From positions 17,981 through 81,980 of the forward strand of contig SUUO01000004.1 of the NCBI GenBank assembly GCA_015062485.1: a stretch of 64,000 bases of DNA, in the 5' to 3' direction. The number at the start of each line of letters is the position of its first letter. Position 1 is the first letter of the stretch. A program made the position numbers and the translations under genes. Of the stretch, positions 58,243-64,000 are shown one piece after another. Origin of the DNA: Alphaproteobacteria bacterium (GTDB taxonomy: Bacteria > Pseudomonadota > Alphaproteobacteria > Rs-D84). A model generated the notes under the pieces. The model was given only the letters and a program-made list of their open reading frames with translations, ran no database searches and had not been told where the DNA came from.

Positions 58243-59121
58243 ATGACAACTTATATTTTCATTATGTTGGCGGTTATTATTGTGTTGTTGGTGGCGGTTT
58301 TGATGCGCAAACCGGTGGTGGATATATCCGCCCTGCGCGAAGATAACGCAAGACTGCGCGAAAGATTGGCTGAACGCCTGGGGGCGCTGTCCCAGAATGC
58401 GATTGAATTAAAAAATATCAGTGGCGACATCGCAAATTTTAAAAACATTTTAATGGGCAATAAACAGGCACGCGGAACATTTGGCGAAAGACAACTGGAA
58501 GATTTGGTCGCGGATATTATGCCGCCGGAAACGTACGCATTTCAAAGCGTTCTGGAAACGGGTGTGCGACCGGATTGTATAATCCGCCTGCCGTATCCGC
58601 CGGGGGATATGATAATCGACAGTAAATTCCCACTGGAAAGTTATAACCGTATGATGACGGATAGCACCGACATTATGGCACGTAAACAATTTGAATTAGA
58701 CGTGCGTAAACATATTGATGATATCGGTGCCAAGTATATCATTCCCGGACGCACCGCAGAATCGGCAATGATGTTTATTGCATCGGAATCTATATTTGAA
58801 ACACTGCACCGCGAATTTCCAGACACGATTGAATACGCGGGCCGAAAAAAGGTATTTATTGTTTCACCATCGACATTATGGGCAACACTGAATACAATTC
58901 GCGCGGTGTTGTCTGATATAAAAATCAAACGCGTGGCGGCAAAAATAAAAAAAGAATTGGAATTATTGTTAACAGACCTGGGGCGATTAAACGAACGCGC
59001 AACAAAGGTTAATCAGCATTTTGCAATGGCACAAACAGACATTGAACAGTTGCAAACATCGATTGGAAAAATTACACCACGCGCGGAAAAATTACGCGCA
59101 ATGGATTTTGGCGAAGAATAA
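58243..59121 (+). CDS. rmuC: DNA recombination protein RmuC
   Basis: RGTFGERQLE, RPDC.IRLP, IDSKFPLE, MFIASE, VSPSTL; the start is far downstream of the ORF-track start. Confidence 0.9.
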   Translation: MTTYIFIMLAVIIVLLVAVLMRKPVVDISALREDNARLRERLAERLGALSQNAIELKNISGDIANFKNILMGNKQARGTFGERQLEDLVADIMPPETYAFQSVLETGVRPDCIIRLPYPPGDMIIDSKFPLESYNRMMTDSTDIMARKQFELDVRKHIDDIGAKYIIPGRTAESAMMFIASESIFETLHREFPDTIEYAGRKKVFIVSPSTLWATLNTIRAVLSDIKIKRVAAKIKKELELLLTDLGRLNERATKVNQHFAMAQTDIEQLQTSIGKITPRAEKLRAMDFGEE

Positions 59122-59151
59122 AAAATTCCCGCCAATCGGCGGGATTTTTTT
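59121..59151. terminator. Bidirectional intrinsic terminator
   Basis: AAAAATTCCCGCC-aatc-GGCGGGATTTTTT. Confidence 0.85.
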
Positions 59152-61369
59152 ATTCGGCTGAATCTGCTATGCACTGGCCACCTGATAATTTATAGCCATC
59201 TGCACACAGGCAATTGTTATATGCATCACGCTTGCCAGAAAAATTAGCAGTTGTATCACAAGCCTTCATACACTGTTTGCCAACCGGTTCATACCCGTCC
59301 AAACATTTACATACATCGTTGACGTATTTTTTGCACTCTTCTCCTTCGCAGCTCGATTTACGGGTCGTTTCATATCCAGAATTTGCCGGGCACAGCAATG
59401 ATTCATAGAATATTTCTGATATGCAATTCACATATTCGTTGTTACGTTGCGCATCGTCGGTCGCGTTTGCAGCATCCGGGCATCCCGCCGTTGGCTTTTC
59501 CGTTGTTGGATCCAATGCAGGGGGTCCCGCAAAAATTGCATAACCACAGGTCAGCGCAACATTACGACACGCACCGCGCATAACATCATAGACACTGTTT
59601 ATACTGGCACTGGACGACCAAGTGTTCACCTGGGTCACCTGGTTATTATAACATTGCGCCACATCAACCATACAATTAGACGCATAGTCGGATATGATAC
59701 TTTGCTGGGCCGCGCGAATGTTCACCATTGCACGCTGAATATAATTTAAAACAATATCATTGTTCCAAACATACTGATTTTCTTTGTATGTGTAATACTG
59801 ACACTTGTCCAGAACCGCACGGCATAATCCGCCATCGGTTGCCTTGTCCCCTGTGCCAATTTTTTCCAACAGATATTTTGTCACATACGAACCGTCTGCA
59901 CAATTGTCGCTACACGTGTCTGATTCATCGTAGTCAATAGTAACATCACGCGCAGTATCTAAAAACGATTTATTAATATTTGCATTATTATAATCATCCA
60001 TAAACTGGGTAATCATAGTGATATTTTGCCCCAGGACCACTTCGCCATTTTCATCAATATAACGTTTGGTTGGATCAACACATTTGAAATAATCGTCGCC
60101 ACAAACCATATCGTCACGCATACACGAATCCAGGGCCGCAATGCACCCCTTGGCATCATATTGATTTTTGTTTTGCAGAACGGCCAGGCGCGCCTTTTGC
60201 AACATCAATTCAGCACTGCGCACATTGGAAACCAGGGTTTCGTTCATTTTTTTCAGGCCCTTTTCATAGGCAATACAATCCTTGTCAATGGCCAGGTCAT
60301 AATTCCCCGTAATTTGCTTAGGCGTTGCGCCGGCCCCCTTGCACTGGTTCAATATAGTACTGCAACGGTTGCGGGCGGCATTATACAAATCGGTCCCGCG
60401 CAGGTTTGAAAAACTGCTGGACGAATCCAGGTTCAAGAAATCCAAACTGAACATATCTGCGGAATCAGATGAAAAATCAAGGTTTAAATCCAATCCAAAA
60501 GAAGATTCCGAATACGACGCAGAACTACTTGTTGGGTCTTTGATTAAATCTTCGATTTCCGCCAACATATTGCGCGTTTCGGTCGTATCCTTTTGACCGG
60601 ACAGTGCGGCCTCGGCCTCGGTCTCGGTCAGGATGGCACGAATTTCATCCGCAGACAGCCCCACATAACGAATACGTTGGGCGACACTGTTTAATTCGGC
60701 ATTGGCCGCTTTGACCGCTTCTTCCACCTTGGTATACTTGGTCAGGTTTGATGAACACGAACAACGCCCCTGGTTTGCGTCAATAACCGCACAGAATTGA
60801 TCCATACAATCGTTATACTGTTCCTGGCACGATTTGTTTAATTCGGCCGTTTGTTCCAGGCGTTCTTTTGCCTCTGAAATACTTTCCCGGGTGGCGGCAC
60901 GCGATTGCACGCCACGCAAACTTTCATCAATATTGGAGCCCGTCTGAACATCCGTTCCAGCAATGGTGGCACGTCCGCCAACCTCGGCCGTGGATGGGCG
61001 CAAGACAACCCCCGCGCGGCGCAAGGTCGGATTGTTGTTAATACTGGCCGCGGAGACACGCGCATTACGTCCAACGGTATTTACCGCCGCGTCTAATTTA
61101 TCCGTGGTTTGCGAAACCGCCTTGCGCGTGGCGGTGCCACGTGACGCGGTGCGTGCAACCGTCTTGGGCGTGGGCGTATCGGTTTCAGTCGTCCCGACCG
61201 TCGCCGTGCGTGATGCGGTGCGCGAAATCGTTGAACGCGCTGTATTCTTTTGAGATTGTACGTTTTCAGTATCTACCTTGTCCGAGGGCAGTACACGCGA
61301 CGCAGTTGCGCCAAACGCAGATGGCGCACAAAGGACAAATGCGAAAAAACACGTCGCAAATCTTCTCAT
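59150..61369 (-). CDS. Large secreted Cys-rich/coiled-coil protein, paralog B
   Basis: Signal peptide, Arg/Thr/Ala-rich region, CMDQFC..NQGRCSCS and YDLAIDKDC core shared with 18952-21315. Confidence 0.85.
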   Translation of the reverse strand: MRRFATCFFAFVLCAPSAFGATASRVLPSDKVDTENVQSQKNTARSTISRTASRTATVGTTETDTPTPKTVARTASRGTATRKAVSQTTDKLDAAVNTVGRNARVSAASINNNPTLRRAGVVLRPSTAEVGGRATIAGTDVQTGSNIDESLRGVQSRAATRESISEAKERLEQTAELNKSCQEQYNDCMDQFCAVIDANQGRCSCSSNLTKYTKVEEAVKAANAELNSVAQRIRYVGLSADEIRAILTETEAEAALSGQKDTTETRNMLAEIEDLIKDPTSSSASYSESSFGLDLNLDFSSDSADMFSLDFLNLDSSSSFSNLRGTDLYNAARNRCSTILNQCKGAGATPKQITGNYDLAIDKDCIAYEKGLKKMNETLVSNVRSAELMLQKARLAVLQNKNQYDAKGCIAALDSCMRDDMVCGDDYFKCVDPTKRYIDENGEVVLGQNITMITQFMDDYNNANINKSFLDTARDVTIDYDESDTCSDNCADGSYVTKYLLEKIGTGDKATDGGLCRAVLDKCQYYTYKENQYVWNNDIVLNYIQRAMVNIRAAQQSIISDYASNCMVDVAQCYNNQVTQVNTWSSSASINSVYDVMRGACRNVALTCGYAIFAGPPALDPTTEKPTAGCPDAANATDDAQRNNEYVNCISEIFYESLLCPANSGYETTRKSSCEGEECKKYVNDVCKCLDGYEPVGKQCMKACDTTANFSGKRDAYNNCLCADGYKLSGGQCIADSAE

Positions 61370-61414
61370 CTCTTGGGTGAATTATATCATTTTTGAATAT
61401 TGGTGTAAATAATA

Positions 61415-61443
61415 AAAAAACCCGCCAATCGGCGGGATTTTTT
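61415..61443. terminator. Terminator after rpmA
   Basis: AAAAAACCCGCC-aatc-GGCGGGATTTTT. Confidence 0.8.
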
Positions 61444-61708
61444 ATTCTGCATCGGTTTCTGGAACAACAGATACTGTTCTTCTGTCGCCGTTGCCCTTTT
61501 TGAATTTCACAATACCTGCGATTTTCGCAAAGATTGTGTGGTCTTTACCCATACCAACATTCAAGCCCGGGTGTACAGATGTACCACGCTGACGAATGAT
61601 GATGTTACCTGGGATAACACGACTGCCACCAGATTTTTTAATACCTAATCTGCGTCCGGCCGAGTCGCGTCCGTTTGACGTTGCGGAACCCGCTTTCTTA
61701 TGTGCCAT
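61442..61708 (-). CDS. rpmA: 50S ribosomal protein L27
   Basis: [32 protein letters not shown]. Confidence 0.98.
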   Translation of the reverse strand: MAHKKAGSATSNGRDSAGRRLGIKKSGGSRVIPGNIIIRQRGTSVHPGLNVGMGKDHTIFAKIAGIVKFKKGNGDRRTVSVVPETDAE

Positions 61709-61719
61709 AATTTCGCTCC

Positions 61720-62019
61720 TTAGGCTTTAATATCTGTTATTTTCAGAACAGTAATATACTGGCGATGACCAGCGGTGCGACGATAATTCTGGCGACGTTT
61801 TTTCTTGAACACCAAAATTTTGTCGGCACGTTTCTGTTCGACAACTTCTGCGACAACCTTGGCCCCTTCTACGAAAGGAGTACCAACCTTGTCACCGACC
61901 ATTAATACCTGGTCGAATTCGATAGAACCTTCGGCATTCAGTTTTTCAACCTTAATCACATCGCCCGTTGCCACGCGATATTGTTTGCCACCGGTTTGAA
62001 AGATTGCGTATTCTGCCAT
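61720..62019 (-). CDS. rplU: 50S ribosomal protein L21
   Basis: [23 protein letters not shown]. Confidence 0.98.
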   Translation of the reverse strand: MAEYAIFQTGGKQYRVATGDVIKVEKLNAEGSIEFDQVLMVGDKVGTPFVEGAKVVAEVVEQKRADKILVFKKKRRQNYRRTAGHRQYITVLKITDIKA

Positions 62020-62156
62020 CTATCTTTCCTTTTTATTATTGTTATTTTATCGTTATTTTTCGCACTTTGTCGAAAAGTTTATGCAAATTCTATATTTTTT
62101 ATATCAAAAGTCAAGTCTTTTGTAGAAAAATTTATGCAAAAGAATACTTTTGGCAC

Positions 62157-62183
62157 AAAAAAATCCCCGTTTGGGGATTTTTT
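62157..62183. terminator. Terminator after glyQS
   Basis: AAAAAAATCCCC-gttt-GGGGATTTTTT. Confidence 0.85.
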
Positions 62184-62184
62184 A

Positions 62185-63546
62185 TTAACCATTTACGATT
62201 TCAAGCACGCGACGCGGAACATCCGTTATCGCAATGCGTTCCTGGGCCATACTGTCACGATGACGCAGGGTGACGGTATTATCTTCCATTGTTTGATGAT
62301 CAACCGTAATGCAAACCGGCGTACCAATTTCATCGTGGCGACGATAGTTTTTACCGATATTACCAGAATTTTCCAATTCAATACGACCAATCGCCAGTTT
62401 CCGCAAATCGTTTTCAATATTAGTCGCGATTTCCAATAATTCTGGGACATTGCGTGCCAATGGGATAACCGCCGCCTTGACCGGGGCCAATTTTGGTTTC
62501 AATTTCAAAACCGTGCGTGATTTACCATCGCCCAGGTCTTCTTCGGTGTACGCTTCCAGCATAACGGCCAACATTGCACGATTTACACCCATTGCCGTTT
62601 CAATTACGTATGGGATAAAATTCTCGCCGGTTTGTGGGTCCGAATAAGACAGTTTTGTGGTGCTGTCTTTGTTTTCCAGAACATTTGCATTGATTTTAAA
62701 TTCGCCCTGACCCTTGGTATGAGAGCCCAGGTCAAAATCTTGGCGGTTATGAATACCTTCGACCTCGTCAAAGCCGTCTGGGAATTCGTATTCGATATCA
62801 ACGGCGGCCTTGGCATAATGGGCCAATTTTTCGTGTGGCATAAAGCGCAATTTTTCCGCCGGAATACCCAATTCATTTATCCACCAGGCCAGACGCGTAT
62901 CCATCCACATTTTGTGATATTGTTCATCCTGGTCGGGGCGAACAAAGTATTGTAATTCAGCCTGTTCGAATTCGCGCATACGGAACACAAATCCACGTGG
63001 GGAAATTTCGTTACGGAACGCCTTGCCAATCTGGGCGATACCAAATGGTAATTTATGCGGTTTTGCATCCAGAACATTTTTAAAGTTTGTGTATGTTGTG
63101 GTGGCCGTTTCTGGACGCAGATATGCATTAATCGCACCATCAGACGTCGCCCCAATCGATAGACCCATCATCAACTGGTACGCGCGCGGTTCTGTAATTT
63201 CGGTTGAACCACAATTATCGCACTTGGACGCGTCTTTCATTTTATCCTGGCGCATACGGGCGCCACATTTTTTACATTCAACCAATGGATCGGAAAAGCC
63301 TGCCTCGTGTCCGGAATATTTCCACAACAGGCGATTTGAAATCAGTGCGGCATCCAGGCCCTCGACATCATTGCGGGAATATATCATCGCATTCCACCAG
63401 GCGTCACGAATATTCTTCATCAATTCGACACCATACGGACCGTAATCATACGCACCGCCCAAGCCCCCATAAATCTCGGATCCGGTAAAAATAAATCCAC
63501 GACGCTTGCAAAGCGCAACGATATCATTAACTGTTTTTGCTGGCAT
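62185..63546 (-). CDS. glyQS: Glycyl-tRNA synthetase, homodimeric (alpha2, eukaryote/archaea-like) type
   Basis: LCKRRGF..SEIYGG..YDYGP, YLRPET, QIGKAFRNEI, REFEQ, PYVIE, YRRHDEIGTP. Confidence 0.95.
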   Translation of the reverse strand: MPAKTVNDIVALCKRRGFIFTGSEIYGGLGGAYDYGPYGVELMKNIRDAWWNAMIYSRNDVEGLDAALISNRLLWKYSGHEAGFSDPLVECKKCGARMRQDKMKDASKCDNCGSTEITEPRAYQLMMGLSIGATSDGAINAYLRPETATTTYTNFKNVLDAKPHKLPFGIAQIGKAFRNEISPRGFVFRMREFEQAELQYFVRPDQDEQYHKMWMDTRLAWWINELGIPAEKLRFMPHEKLAHYAKAAVDIEYEFPDGFDEVEGIHNRQDFDLGSHTKGQGEFKINANVLENKDSTTKLSYSDPQTGENFIPYVIETAMGVNRAMLAVMLEAYTEEDLGDGKSRTVLKLKPKLAPVKAAVIPLARNVPELLEIATNIENDLRKLAIGRIELENSGNIGKNYRRHDEIGTPVCITVDHQTMEDNTVTLRHRDSMAQERIAITDVPRRVLEIVNG

Positions 63547-63630
63547 AATTTTAATCCTTGGGTTTATAAACGTTTATATATTATACCGAAATAAGTTTTT
63601 TACAATAAAAAAATCCCACCAATAGCGGGG

Positions 63631-63909
63631 TTATTTCTTTTTTTGCGTTTTGGGCTTTTGCGTTTTAGCATCGTCGCCATTGCCCAGAATTTGCATCTGC
63701 ATTTTAAGAATGATATTTTCTTTGTCCTGGATACGTTTTAGTAATTCACTGTTTTCCAGTTTTATTTTATCCAACGCCTGGCGACTGATTACGACCTGGG
63801 TTGCCATTTTCTTGCGCGTTTTTCGATTTAAAACAAAACCAACAAAAACGCCAATGACCGCACCAACAGACGCGCTTAGTACATCAAAAAGTGTTTCTAG
63901 GATAACCAT
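63631..63909 (-). CDS. Hypothetical membrane-anchored coiled-coil protein
   Basis: One TM, a coiled coil and a basic tail; terminator-like hairpin at 63608-63632. Confidence 0.6.
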   Translation of the reverse strand: MVILETLFDVLSASVGAVIGVFVGFVLNRKTRKKMATQVVISRQALDKIKLENSELLKRIQDKENIILKMQMQILGNGDDAKTQKPKTQKKK

Positions 63910-63943
63910 AGAAACACTTTAACATTTTTGATGCGAATATACA

Positions 63944-64000
63944 CTAGGCTTCTTTTCGTGTGCCGGTTTTGCGGTTTATCCAGACCGCCTCGTCCGCGAT
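63944..64000 (-). CDS. Possible 3' end of a gene running off the window
   Basis: Open frame IADEAVWINRKTGTRKEA* from the window edge. Confidence 0.35.
   Translation of the reverse strand: MADEAVWINRKTGTRKEA

Noticed and set aside
1-64000. CRISPR array, transposase, reverse transcriptase, prophage structural genes
   Set aside because: No regularly spaced repeats and no recognisable catalytic or structural motifs in any ORF

Overview
A 64-kb chromosomal segment of a small-genome, fermentative alphaproteobacterium. Supporting markers are GapR/DUF2312, olsB-olsA, the rpmF-plsX...fabH-ihfA order, the rmuC/def-fmt-truA order, and ldh plus pyk. The many secreted Cys-rich proteins suggest the gut-associated Rs-D84/'Enterousia' lineage (inference, not verified). 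Most of the window is housekeeping: secE-nusG-rplKAJL-rpoBC, proS, an alpha2-type glyRS, pyrG, yidC/lspA, recR/rsmA, rplU-rpmA, tRNA-Arg(CCT) and tRNA-Trp. The most unusual part is 13.9-24.6 kb. Three copies of a 32-bp dif/lox-like site (TACT-N4-TAAA-CTTTTA-TTTA-N4-AGYA) occur there. Two sit just ahead of sigma70 promoters that drive secreted Cys-rich protein genes, and an inverted pair brackets a Rickettsia RPE4-like palindrome. One of these cassettes also has a phage c4-like regulatory RNA with a terminator, and a gene whose 3' end has the codon signature of a DGR variable region. Elsewhere there is an orphan, domain-expanded VirB8-VirB9(SPOR)-VirB10(Ig/Cys) trio, two paralogous large Cys/coiled-coil secreted proteins, tandem DUF3419/BtaA-like methyltransferases, an rpoB with substitutions in the rifampicin pocket, a 173-bp tRNA-Trp 3'-end duplication, and a very stereotyped AAAATCCC...GGGATTTT terminator family. 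I saw no recombinase, reverse transcriptase, transposase or CRISPR array in the window. All calls come from motif recognition by eye; no database searches were run.
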